A DNA stretch of 64,000 nt from Eledone cirrhosa (taxonomy: Eukaryota). Below the pieces are notes generated by a model. That model worked only from the letters and a program-made list of their open reading frames with translations, was not told the DNA's origin and ran no database searches. The translations under genes and the position numbers were made by a program. The number at the start of each line of letters is the position of its first letter. Position 1 is the stretch's first letter. Of this stretch, positions 26,591 to 38,862 are shown in pieces. The stretch is taken from positions 28,768,001-28,832,000 of the forward strand of contig OZ024745.1 of the NCBI GenBank assembly GCA_964016885.1, in the 5' to 3' direction.

Positions 26591-26834
26591 CATACTACCG
26601 ATAAAAACACACGCACTTATTGGTTCTCAGTTCAGTTTATTATAAACTCCCTGTAGGTTTGTTTAATAACAGGATGGTTGTTTAGTTGCTGATTGTCAAA
26701 GCTCATTCGTCACACATTCTGTGATCTCCTCAGTGTCTAGCTTTGTTGATATTTTGTGTCTCTCCTATGTTCTGTACTGCACCATCTTGATTTTGTGTTC
26801 ACAATGTTATAACTGGATGCCAGCTTTATCATGT

Positions 26835-26916
26835 GTTAGTGTGGCCAAGTGGTCTAAAGTGCTGGTTTAAGGCACCAGTCTCTTAGGAGGCGTGTATTCG
26901 AATCCCACTGCTGCCA
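26835..26916 (+). tRNA. tRNA-Leu(AAG) pseudogene
   Basis: 82-nt match to the eukaryotic Leu tRNA layout, anticodon arm CTGGT-TT-AAG-GC-ACCAG. Mismatches in the acceptor and T stems. Confidence 0.75.
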
Positions 26917-27010
26917 ATTATCCTCTTTTTTTTCATATAAGATAAAGCTGATCTTTAGGGACACCGGTGGTTGTCTGTACACATACATTGTACCGTTCCT
27001 ACCAATTATA

Positions 27011-28411
27011 TATGCCTCTCCTGGTCTTGATGGTGTTACGTACCTGCTTCTTAAACGCGGTGGGTACTTTCTTCTGCACCAGCTATCATGCTTCTTCCAA
27101 TTCTGTCTGAACAACGGTGCTACTCCAGAACAGTGGAAAACTGCCAGTGTCCTTCCTCTGTTCAAAAAGGGTGACCGCACATCACCTGTGAACTATCGTG
27201 TGATCAACTTATAGAGTTTCTTGAGGACATCACCCGGATCACTGATGGCGGCTCATGGGTGGATGTTGTTTACCTTGACTTTGCGAAAGCCTTCAATTCC
27301 GTGCTACACAAAAGACTTATGGCAAAACTCTCTGCGATGGGTGTGAAGGATGATCTTTTTAACTGGTTGAAGTCCTTCATTCTCAGTTGAAGAGAGGTAG
27401 TCACGGTTCTGGGACAGCATTCCTCATCATATGATATGTCATCTGGTGTACCACAGGGATCTGTTCTTGGCCCTCTTTTGTTTGTGGCATATATTAATGA
27501 CATAGATGCCAACTTAAAGAATGCCACAGTACTAAAGTACGCAGATGACATCAAGCTGTACCTTGAGATAAAAAGGACATATCCTGAAGACTATAGATCT
27601 TGCTTGCAGTCTGACCTGGACACAATGCAACAATGGATCTCAGACTGGCAACTCAAGCTAGCTGTGGACAAGTGCACCACCATGCATTTTGGGAGTAAAA
27701 ACCCAGCGTCCACATACTCCCTCCACAGCACTAATATCAAGAAGTCTTCTTGTGAACGTGACCTGGGCATTACGGTCAGCAGCGATTTGCGTTGGACGAA
27801 GCACGTCTCTAAAATTGTCAAGAGGGCTGAGGGTGTCTTAGCATCACTCAGCAGGACCTTTGTCAGCCGCTCTCCAGCTATCTATTTAAGGCTGTACATG
27901 GCTATAGTACGGCCACACTTAGAATTTGCATCACCAGTCTGGAACCCCTAACTTGCTCAAAACATTGACCGCCTGGAAACTGTTCAGAGACGTGGCAACT
28001 GACTTGGTAAACACCAACAAAATTGTTAACCATCTTGCCAACAACAACCCTGAGTACCTTTTTGATTTCCATGTGTCTAACACACGTAGGCATGCCCACA
28101 GAGTCAGAAAACAGCACAGTTCCCATGACTTTCGGAAACATTTTTTCACGCTCAGAGTTGCTGAAGCATGGAACAAACTACCTGCATCAGTTGTTAGCTA
28201 TCGAGACACTGCATCCTTTAAAACCTCCATGCTTCCCGAGATTCGCCAACACTACACCTAATGTTCCCCCTATATGCACATACACACATGTATATCATGA
28301 CTCATACACTATTCACTTCCCCGACATTTGTGTATTATTCTATGTACTATACATGCACCTTTGACGAGTTGTAGTGCACCTGAGCACTTTACACAATAAT
28401 TTCATTATTTT
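27011..28411 (+). mobile_element. CR1-clade LINE 3' part with internal deletions
   Basis: VYLDFAKAF, SGVPQGSVLGPLLF, YADD, RPHLEFASPVWNP, FFTLRVAEAWNKLP and a CATTATT tail. Confidence 0.9.
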
Positions 28412-28546
28412 ATATTTTAAAGGTTCTGTAAGAAATAAAGAGTCTTTTTTAATATATCTGATGTCCTTGACTGCAGGGTTTTCTCGGAGCCTGAAAAGAA
28501 AACAAACTCACACAAAAACACATACAAACAGAAACACACACACGCA

Positions 28547-28577
<31 letters not shown>

Positions 28578-28862
28578 GCGCGCACAAATACATAAACAGA
28601 TTCACACTCATGGTACTGTTAGACAAACAAAAGTTCTAATTGAAATTTAACCCATTATAAGAAATTATTGGGGTTAAAATTTTGATAATGGCAATTATTT
28701 TCAAGAAACATAAGGGAGACAACTTCTGATTAAAAAAAATTAACAATTAAATGAGTCTTTCAACATTTTCCAATATCAACTAATTTTAATTGTCTTAACA
28801 GTGAAATATTTTCAAACAAGAAATATTGTTAAAAGTACAATACAATAGCTGAGTTATCATAT

Positions 28863-28938
28863 GGTAGTGTGGATGAGTGGTCTAAGGTGCTGGTTTTAGG
28901 CACCAGTCTCTCCGGAGACGTGGGTTCGAATGCTGTTA
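28863..28938 (+). tRNA. tRNA-Leu(TAG) pseudogene with 3' deletion
   Basis: GGTAGTGTGG...CTGGT-TT-TAG-GC-ACCAG...GTGGGTTCGAAT, with the CCCAC half of the T-stem missing. Confidence 0.7.
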
Positions 28939-29348
28939 TTTATTTTTTGTAAATAGACATAACCAGTGGCGGACTGGCCAGGTTGCCCAATGGCAGGGGA
29001 CCCACAGTAGTATGTCAAAGGCCAATGATTTGCTTTCAAAAAATATAGTTAAAAAAAGTCTTAGAGAAAGAATAATTTTAAAAAAATAAATAAACAAACA
29101 AATAAATAAAGCATTTGGTCAAACAATTACCTAGGGAACTAATAGAAACCAACATTTATGATAGTGCTAACAATTAGAATCATTGGTTGTCTAAATTTAT
29201 AGTTTACTGTATTCATTCATGCATACGTACATATATATACATATGCATTTATGCATGCATACACACACACATATATGAGGTGTACTAGCCTGCTTTTAAA
29301 TTCCCTTTCTGGCATATTTTAGCACTGAATTTTGGTTATCGTGTTTGA

Positions 29349-29429
29349 GCTCTACTGATGAACGACTCCAACCGTGACTAACTCCACTGAAAAGTTTCGT
29401 GAAATAGTCTTTTTAAGACTATATAGAGC
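29349..29429 (+). ncRNA. Type I hammerhead ribozyme motif with complete core and three stems
   Basis: GCTCTA-CTGATGA-ACGA...TCGT-GAAA-TAGTCTT-TTT-AAGACTA-TA-TAGAGC. Confidence 0.75.
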
Positions 29430-29675
29430 ATTTGTAGTTTTTCCAAATTGAAGGATAAGTATTTAACCTTAATTTTATTCTGAGTTAAGACTCTATTGGT
29501 TTTTTCCCTGGATTTCATAAAATCTGTGGATAAAATTTCTGTCTTGACTTTTTTTTAATTGTGTTTGAATTATTTTCCCATATCTTACGTTAAATATTTT
29601 CCATCTTGACGTAACAGTAACTTATATATTATGAAATACTTTTGGCTTCTTGCTCACATTAATTTCTCTATTTTC

Positions 29676-29719
<44 letters not shown>

Positions 29720-29830
29720 AATTAATATCTAGTAACATCTATATACATACAGATGCATATCAAGGCTAGCAAATATATAGGTTTTGTCTTAGTAACATTG
29801 TGGTTCAATGCATGGGGTTGCAGAACAATA

Positions 29831-30284
29831 ATATGAGAGACGTAAGATAAGAAAATTATAAAATTATAAAAAAATTATAAAATTGACTTACTTACTAAAA
29901 TATCACTTCCAACTAATTAGTTTCTGGAATGGAGTAAATATATTTTCCGAAGAATATACAGAAAAGCATTCCGTCGTCAGGAAAGTCTATTTTCGTGTAA
30001 GCTTCCAGGCATAGCGAGGACTCTGGAAACTTATTAAAAAAATAATTCAGTGGAAAGGAAATAGCGAAGCTATTTTTTTAATAAGTTTCCAGAGTCCTCG
30101 CTATGCCTAGAAGCTTACACGAAAATAGACTTTCCTGACGATGGAATGCTTTTCTATATATTCTTCGGAAAATATATCTACTCCATTCCAGAAACTAATT
30201 AGTTGGAAGTGATATTTTAGTAAGTAAGTCAATTTTATAATTTTTTTATAATTTTATAATTTTCTTATCTTACGTCTCTCATAT
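29831..30284. repeat. Long inverted repeat, 214-bp arms with a 26-bp spacer, each arm holding a hammerhead motif (Penelope-like pLTR remnant)
   Basis: Arms 29831-30044 and 30071-30284 differ by four transitions. Confidence 0.9.
30129..30210 (+). ncRNA. Type I hammerhead ribozyme motif with palindromic stem III
   Basis: ACTTTC-CTGACGA-TGGAATG...CATTCCA-GAAA-CTAATTAG-TT-GGAAGT. A mirror copy lies on the minus strand at 29905-29986. Confidence 0.65.
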
Positions 30285-30558
30285 ATATATATATATACTT
30301 ATGAGTGTATATATACTTACGAGCTGCTGACCAAATAATTTTTAATATCAATGGTTTAAAGACATATCAATTAGTGGTCAGTTCCTCAATATAAAGACCT
30401 TAGGGAGAATGAGTCGCCAAATGATTTTTGTACAAGTTGAAAACATGTATGTATATATATATGTAACTCTATATATATACACATGTACATGTACACACAT
30501 GCACACACTCCCAGATATATATATCTCCTGGCAACCAATATTTTTAGCCCCAGTCCAC

Positions 30559-30649
<91 letters not shown>

Positions 30650-31169
30650 AAACTACACTATACTACACACACCCTAGTATTGATATCGGTGTGAAAACAT
30701 TTTTTCCTCAATTTTTTTTTTCCTTTTATTTTTCTGCAAGCATCTATGAGATAACTTTTTAAGTAGAGAGAATCACGCAATACCACACAAAAGCAAACCA
30801 GATTATACCACACCCGGGTAAATTTATAGAGCCCCAGGATTTCTGTTTGAAAAGTGATTCCCTCTTTTTTTTTTTTCTTTGTGCTATCACCCAATATAAC
30901 GGTCAAGATGGTAAATGTATTTAAAAATGCCTCCTCGATCTCAGTATGAACAATTTTCCTCATGTTTTTTTTTGTTTTTTTTTTCCTGTGTGTGCTTACC
31001 ACCCGTTCTGACTCCCAAGCAGCTCGCAATTGACTATTTTTTTTCTTCTTTTTTTGCATATTCTCAATAAATTTGACATGGAAACCTTTGTAAAAAGAAA
31101 GACCATTCATAAAGCTAGTCATTTTTTATTGGAGTGGAAATCATATTCGTTGTTAATATGCTAAAATAA

Positions 31170-31456
31170 TTGTTTCTACTTTTGGCACAAGGCCAGCAAT
31201 TATCCCAGTGTATTACTGGTACTTTATTTTATCGACCTCGTAAGGATGAAAGGCAAAGTTAACCTCGGCAGGATTTGAACTCAGACCATAAAGGGCCGTA
31301 ACTCTTTGCTGCAAAGCATGGCGTCCAATCCTCTACCGATACTGCCAATCCGCCGCTAAAATAACTGTTTCTACTTTTGGCACAAGGCCAGCAATTACCC
31401 AATGCATTACTGGTACTTTATTCTATCGACCCCGGAAGGATGAAAGGCAAAGTTCC
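31170..31456 (-). mobile_element. Two tandem SINE copies (one full, one truncated)
   Basis: Reverse complement of the 16535 SINE, delimited by GCTAAAATAA at 31160, 31355 and 31457. Confidence 0.85.
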
Positions 31457-31689
31457 GCTAAAATAATAGTTGATTGTGAGTATCTTGGAGGTCAGATTAT
31501 TTGATAGCACATAAAAAACAAAGGAAAAACATTTTCCGGCTTAAATTTTTCTACTTATCTACCCTACATACCTTACCTATTTATATATATATCATTACCT
31601 ATTTATATATATATATATATATGCATCTAACTCCCTATATATCTATGTACCTATCTAGCTATATATGCATCAGGCTATATATACCGGGA

Positions 31690-32070
31690 AGCTCTACCAG
31701 TTCGAGATAAAATTAAAAAGCACTGGCGCCCTGGCAGGGATCCTGTCAGAAGAACATGTCCAAGGTGCGAGCAGAATATCGAAACTGTTTTGCATGTAAT
31801 TGTTTACTACCCAGGAGTTACCAACCTGTGGAATTATGTCGAGCATCTACTGTCACATGTAGAACGAATTCAGTTGTCAGCCGAGTCCATCATTTGGTTT
31901 ACCGCGCCGCCTTCATTTAAAGGAGAGGCAGATTTCCTCTGTCTGGTGGATATGGCAAAAGAAGTGATACAGTGGATAAGTTTAAAAGGACTGAAAGCAA
32001 ACACCTTCCTCTCCAGACAACAACTCACCACCTTCTTCAAATATCATTTTAAAAGGAAGGTGAGATTGGC
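31690..32070 (+). mobile_element. L1/Tx1-like ORF2 C-terminal fragment
   Basis: TCPRCEQNIETVLH zinc-knuckle-like motif and HFKRKVR end, shared with about 17300. Confidence 0.6.
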
Positions 32071-32074
32071 TCAG

Positions 32075-33951
32075 ACAGTTTACCTCCGATGTTTACCCCT
32101 GCCTGCATGTCATCTTGGAAGAGCAACCTCTCCAAAATAACCCACAAAGCTTTCCGATTTATGGTGTCGAATGCCTTGGTCAGATCGACAAAAACTTGGT
32201 ATAAGAAGTTGTTTGGCTGAGAAGACCATGTCAACAGTGCCTCTGGCATTCCTAAAGCCACATTGGGACCCAGGAAGTAGAATAGCAATGTGCTATATCA
32301 ATCAGTCTAACAATATCCTGCACAAGATTTTCCCAGCCACAGATAACAGTGAAATACCTCTGTAGTTGCCACAGTCATCTTTGGCTCCCTTTCCTTTGTA
32401 AAGTCCCACCATCAATGCATCTTTTCAGTCCTGTGGTACATCTTCTTCGTTCCAAACATTCACAAAGAGATCAGTGAGGCGGTTTAAGAAGTTATCACCA
32501 GCACACTGGAAGATCTCGGCACTCAGTCCATCATTTCCAGGTGACTTGCCACTGTTCAATTTGGCAATGGTTTTTGCCACCTCATCAAATGAAGGAGGAT
32601 CAGCCATTTAAAGCTTTGTAGGTTTGGATGAAATCAACCGGATGAACTCATCATCGATTTCTGATAGTCTGTTGAGGAGTTCATCAAAATGGTCATGCCA
32701 TCTGATCCGGATTTCCTTTGGGTCTCTGAGCAATTCCTTGCCCTGTTTGGAGCGAAGTGGTGATATTTGTAGACCGGTCGGACCATACACCTCCCTGAGC
32801 AGATTGTATAAGAGTTTTGTATCATGTCTATCTGAGGCTTCCTGGATTTCATCAGCCTTTTTTCTCCACCAGGTATCTTGCATGGCTCACAATGGATGTT
32901 GCATATGTGCCTTGATCTGCTTGAAGGTCAGAACGTGTCCCACACAACAATGATATCAGCACTTTTTGTTTCTCTTCGAGCAAGGTCTGGATCGCAGCCG
33001 CATTTTCATCAAACCAGTCCTTATGCTTCCTATTGGTTTGACCTAAAACTCTTCAATGATTCCCACGCGTTTTCACATTCCATGGACTCAAGAGACTTCA
33101 ACAGCTCAGCCCTGACTTTTTCTGTCTTCAGACGAGTCATGTTTAGTCGTTTTGCAACCTTCTTCCCCCTAACTTTGGGCTTCACAACAAATTGAAACTT
33201 CGCGCGCACCACCAAACGAACCAATGTGATATCTTTAACATCGCGTTTCCTCGTTAAAACAAAGTCAATAAGGTGCCACTTCTTGCAACCTGGATGCATC
33301 CAAGTTGTCTTATACTTGTCTTTCTATTGAAAGAGTGTGTTCCCAACAACAAATCCACTTCAGCTCACATCTACAACAGAAGTAGGCCATTGTTATTGCA
33401 CTGTCCCACTCCATGCTTGCCTATCACACTCCAAGCTTCCCAGTCATTACCAACACGTGCATTAAAATCGCCAAGGATGACAATCTTGTCTGCAAAAGAT
33501 ATATTATGGATGACCTCTTTCAAAGACATGTAGAAAGCTAGTTTTTCATCATCACTAGCGCACATGGTAGGAGCGTACACACTGACCAGAGCCACAAAAG
33601 GGTTTTGAATCAGAGGGACTCTCATTGACATTACCCGATCACTGAATCTACAAGGAAGATTTTCCAGCTTTGAAATGGTTCCATTCCTGACAGCAAATGC
33701 GACCCTTGCCTCTATCTTACAACCCTCTGCTCTACCAATCCAATTGAAGGTATATCCTCTGTTCTGTTCAGTGAATTGACCCTCACCTGCTAATCTTGCT
33801 TCTGAAAGTGCAATGATGTCCATGTTATAGCGATTAAGTTCCTCTGCCCTTTGCCGGGTCTTGTATTTCATCCTGCAGGGTGACTAAACCGGCAACCTCA
33901 CCAAGCAAGCTTGGTGAGGTTGCCGGTTTAGTCACCGACGACCCGACCATA
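32075..33951 (-). mobile_element. RTE (BovB-like) LINE 5' half: 5' UTR, APE endonuclease and RT start, degenerate
   Basis: ELNRYNMDIIALSE, VSVYAPT, GDFNARVG, MHPGCKKWHLIDFVL, WWRKKADEIQ, GKSPGNDG and FVDLTKAFD. Confidence 0.9.
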
Positions 33952-33979
33952 TATATGTGTGTGTGTATGAATTCTTTTC

Positions 33980-35172
33980 ATCATCATCATCATTTAACGT
34001 CTATCTTCCACACTAGTATGGGTTAGACGGGTTTGTCCCATTTGAGGTAAGTTGGGTCGGGTGACTGTGACTCGCTCGTATAGGACTGTTTCTGGCTGGT
34101 TTTCTACGGCTAATGCCCTTCCTAATGCCAACCACATTTACAGTGTGTGCTGGGTGCTTTTTGCTGTGTCTCCTACACGATCATTTTACAGTGTGGACTG
34201 GGTGATTTTTCTTGTGACACCTACACGACCACTTTACAGTGTGGAATGGATGTTTTGTGGTGCCAACATAACTTTACAGAGTAAGGGTGGTGTGGGTGGA
34301 AGTGGAAGGAGGTGTATGGGGTGTAGGAGGTGTGGGGTGTACATTGGATTAAGAGGTGCCTACCGAGTGTAGTTTTAAGTCTGTGCGCAAGGGAAGGCGA
34401 GTCTTCTGTATTACTGCATGGCACCAAAGATCTTGATCCTATATCGTTGTCTTAGAGAGGTGCAAATGTCCCTGGTTTTTCTGGGTCTACCTACTCCGTA
34501 GCTTCCAGTACTTTTTTATACAGCTGTCATCCTTCATATGCATCACATGATCATACCAACGCAATCTCCTCTCTAGTAAGCTGCATCTAATCCCTCTTAT
34601 GCCTAATTTCTCACTTAGTTCGTTTATGCTTTGCCGTTCATGTATATTACAGATCCATCGGAACATGCATGCTTCGTTTCTTTCCAATCTGCACAGATCC
34701 TCTGCCCAGGTCTCACTAACATGCAACATTGATGTTCGTATACAAACATCATACAATCTGCCTTTCATTTTTAGAGAGAAACATTTTGTGGCCAACCGTG
34801 GTATTAGTTCTCTGAACTTTTTCTACCCCGTTCTTACTCTGGGTACTGAACTTTCAGAATACCCTCCTCCACTGCTGATTTTGTCACCCAGGTAAAAGAG
34901 AATGTCTACCATTTCTATAGAATCATCTGGGCAGTTGAAGGAGCCTGTATCCAGTGAGCACTTGCTACTTACCGCACATGAGCATTGGCCATATTCTTTG
35001 ACAGCTTGCCTATCATCCCACTACATCTTTTCTGTTACAGCCTGTAGGGCAATAATAAACAAGAGTGGGCTAATGACGCAGCCTTGGTGAACACCTACTT
35101 TTACGCTAAATTCTTCACTATATTCATTGTTAATTCTAACCTTGCTAACTGTTCCTTTATACATGGCTTGTA
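33980..35172 (-). mobile_element. RTE LINE 3' part of the PHD-bearing family, with 3' UTR and (GAT)n tail
   Basis: KMKGRLYDVC and LLERRLRWY, 3' UTR similar to 46960-47293. Confidence 0.85.
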
Positions 35173-35519
35173 TAGGACAGAACAAAGGAGAGACTCAAAA
35201 TAAATACCTAGTCACTGAGAAAGTCACAGAATGTGTGACGAAAGAGCTTTAACAATATATAAACAAACATCCGGTTATCGAACCAACCAACCGGAAATTT
35301 ATAATAAATTGAAGTGAAAACCAACAGGTGCGTGTGTTTTTATTGGCAGTATGACCCTCCCAAAAGTATAACAATATCTGTTTCAACACACGTTTTCAGA
35401 TAAAAAATCTTGCAAAACAAATTCAAAAACGAAATATATATAAATATATATATATCCAAAATTTAATTTTGATTGTATCATGTGTTTATTTTAGATATAT
35501 ATATATGTCAATCAATTTC

Positions 35520-35567
<48 letters not shown>

Positions 35568-35688
35568 TAACAGATTATATATATTTGATATATATTTATC
35601 CTTATCGAGCCCTCGTTGGATTTTAGTCTTCAAATTTATTATTATTACTATATATATATATAGTTCCTTTTAATATATATATATTATA

Positions 35689-35721
<33 letters not shown>

Positions 35722-35761
35722 CGATATTAATAAATGGAAACTATATTTATAAAACCATATT

Positions 35762-35824
35762 TATTTCATTATACATATTTCAGGGATACCAAATTAAATT
35801 ATGGTATGCCTTCATCAGACAATA
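35762..35824 (-). ncRNA. Minimal hammerhead motif, same family as 16299
   Basis: Reverse strand reads TTGT-CTGATGA-AGGCATACCA...TGGTATCCCT-GAAA-TATGTA-TA-ATGAAATA. Confidence 0.55.
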
Positions 35825-36085
35825 TATATATATATATATATAATTACAACAGTGACATAAACAGGTACTTAAGATTTGTTGGGTTCTAAACCCCAATCCA
35901 CTCAGCCTGTCATAACAAAAATAAAAGTAAAAGAAAAAAGTCGGCTGTCTGCGGTTGATTGTGATTTTATTTTTAGAAACATATAAGAAGGCGGAAGGTG
36001 AGATCAAGGGAAGTAACTCTTGCGATATCACAGAAGAAAAAATATATATTAGGTGTGTATGTATGTATGTATGTATGTATGTATG

Positions 36086-36119
<34 letters not shown>

Positions 36120-36147
36120 TGTATGTATGTATGTATGTATGTATGTA

Positions 36148-36342
36148 TCTCTGCACTTGTCGTCACATGGTACCATAGGCCCAGCACTATGTGTCAATAA
36201 TTGTCACAAGTGTAGTGTTTGTACCAGAGTTTTCAAGTCGCTGGCTGGACTAAAAAGTCACACTCGTTCAGCGCATCGGTAGGGGTTCTCCTACATGGAT
36301 ATAAAGTAGTGGCCGTACTCGAAAACGAGTTAGCAGCCACCA
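36148..36342 (+). mobile_element. RTE-derived 3' end encoding a terminal C2H2 finger
   Basis: [25 protein letters not shown], nearly identical to 56450-56644. Confidence 0.75.
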
Positions 36343-36353
36343 TGTATATATAA

Positions 36354-36911
36354 AGAAGGAGGTGTGGTAAGGAACAAGATGGACCATAACGTACCAGAGT
36401 ACTCAATACTTAGGGTAGTAGAGTGGATAATAGGAAAATGTTTAACCCCGACGGCAGAGACAAGCCGTTTCGTCGGAGTTGAACTTTTTCGTATATATAT
36501 AGGATAACAAGTTATCGTTTTAGGTAATCCAATTAGAGGTTGTCAGTACTCTGTACTATGGATAGTTTTAACGTACGGCGTTGTTTGACTCAACAAGAGG
36601 TTTCCTTAGTTAAGTAGCGAGTTTGCGAGAATTCCCATGCAGGTCATTCTTGGAGTAATAGTAGTGAAAAGGTGAAGAATAACATGGTCGGCTGTACCAA
36701 AAGGGTTTTATATATATATATAGGAACGAGTAGGACCTCGACGGCTGAGCTCAAGCCGTTTCGGCGGCTAATTCTGAGTCCAGAATTAGCCGTCGAAACG
36801 GCTTGAGCTCAGCCGTCGGGGTCCTACTCGTTCCTATTACCCACTCTACTACCCTAAATATTGAGTACTTTGGTGCGTTATGGTCCATCTGGTTCCTTAC
36901 CACATTTCCTT
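36354..36911. repeat. Nested inverted repeats of a Penelope-like terminal sequence
   Basis: 56-bp arms at 36721-36776 and 36781-36836. 36354-36436 is also inverted relative to 36831-36911. Contains the hammerhead 3' half GAAACGGC...GCCGTC. Confidence 0.75.
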
Positions 36912-36913
36912 CG

Positions 36914-36949
<36 letters not shown>

Positions 36950-37120
36950 CGAACAAATTGCTGCTGAGAGAAAGTACTGGAGAGAAAGGTGCCATAGTGC
37001 GATCAAGAACTTTGAATCCAGTCACTTGGAGGGATTGCGTGTTGACCGGGCAGGGATTGCAGTGTCACATGAGACACCATCATCCGGGAAGCTGAACGTC
37101 AGATATCGACGGGAGAGTCG

Positions 37121-37156
<36 letters not shown>

Positions 37157-37177
37157 CATATATATATATATATATAT

Positions 37178-37515
37178 GAAAATGAAAATTAATGGCAATA
37201 ATAATATTTATTGATTTGTGATTTATCGATTATCATTAAATTATCCAGAGACTTCTAATGTTAACAAAATCAAAATAAACACACACACACACACGCACCC
37301 ATACACACACACGCACGCATGCACACACGCACGCATGCACACACGCACGCATACACACAGACACGCCCCGCTCCCCCATATATATACGTGCGTGTGCGTT
37401 TATTTTGATTTTGTTGACAAATTAATACGTTAGAAGTCTCTGGATAATTTAATGATAATCGATAAATCACAAATCAATAAATACTATTATTATTATTGCC
37501 ATGAATTTTCATTTA
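37178..37515. repeat. Inverted repeat with ~110-bp arms around a CA-rich spacer, just upstream of the fucosidase ATG
   Basis: TATTTATTGATTTGTGATTTATCGATTATCATTAAATTATCCAGAGACTTCTAA and its reverse complement. Confidence 0.85.
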
Positions 37516-37613
37516 CAATTTTGTAATAAAAGCAATAAATTATTGTTTAGATAATTCAAGTCGGTGAAAGGAGTAAAGTTCGGCTTTTGAATAAAAACTA
37601 GAACAGAGGAAAT

Positions 37614-38059
37614 ATGGCGATGTCTTTAGAATTATCTGTGTGGCAGTCTCCCGCTTTATTCCTGCTTCTAATCCTATCTTTGGTTGATGTATTATCGTTG
37701 GGCCATGTTACAGTGACGGCACTTCGTCCAGGCACCGACTTCACGTCTGGAAAGGACAGGGCTGTCGGTGGTGGTCCCTACAAGCCGGAATGGCGATCTC
37801 TGGACACTCGTCCTATACCCACATGGTATGACCAAGCTAAAATCGGGATTTTCTTGCACTGGGGTGTATTTTCAGTGCCCAGCTTCCGTTCCGAATGGTT
37901 CTGGTGGGATCTGAGGGGTAAAAAGGACGCGGCTTGTGTGCAGTTCATGAAGGACAACTACAGACCAGACTTTACTTACCAGGACTTTGCAGCCATGTTT
38001 ACAACAGAATTCTTTAATCCGGACCAGTGGGCGGAAATATTCTCCAAATCCGGCGCCAG
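37614..38059 (+). CDS. FUCA: Alpha-L-fucosidase (GH29) exon 1 of 8, with signal peptide
   Basis: Hydrophobic leader, then [35 protein letters not shown]...SEWFWW. Donor AG|GTTATT, phase 2. Confidence 0.95.
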
Positions 38060-38759
38060 GTTATTATTATTTAAATGTTTATTTTCTTAATCTCTCTTAT
38101 AAATGTTATTTTACACAAAAACCCCCACACTATATCGTCCTGTACCATCTTTAATGTTTCCTTAATGTAAGGGTTGGGTGGCTAATACAGAAAGCATTAT
38201 TAATATTATTGCCTTTACGTTCTGAGTTCAAATCCCGCCGAGGTTAACTTTGCCATTCATCCTTAAAATAAAATACCTGTAATGCACTGAGTCGATCTAA
38301 TCGACTTTCCTCTCGCTCCCTATAATTGCTGGCCTTGTGCTTAAAGAAGAAACTACTATTATTCATTCTTTGTTGCTATTGTTTAACCATTGACCAGCCT
38401 CTGATCTTGTGAAACCACGTTGTGGCAGACATCCTAACCATGGCCATCACCTGGAACTACATTATTTAATATATCCTTCTTTATTTAAGACCACAACATG
38501 TGATTTAAGTGAGGGTTTTTTTTGTTTTTTTTCAAGAGCTTTTCTTAAGTAATAATTGTTTCTTTTATTATACAAAGCATATAAATAAATTTACAGTAGA
38601 ATAATATAACAAATATGTTTTAAATATATACATAAATAATATTACAAATGCTTAGATAACATTATAAATTGCTCGCGATTGTTTCAGAAGGATATATTCT
38701 TTTAATGTACCAATATTGAAGAAAATGTAAACCGAGCCAACACCAGAGCAAAAGACAGC

Positions 38760-38862
38760 AGCGTCGCGAGGAGTACCGGGCAACCTCTCTAATGATATTT
38801 GAGGCAAGCCAGCACACTCGCAGCGTTGCCACGGGTGATGGCGAGGCTAATGCGCTGTAACG
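38760..38862 (-). mobile_element. CRE-like LINE C-terminal fragment
   Basis: Reverse strand translates LQRISLAITRGNAASVLACL. Confidence 0.6.
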
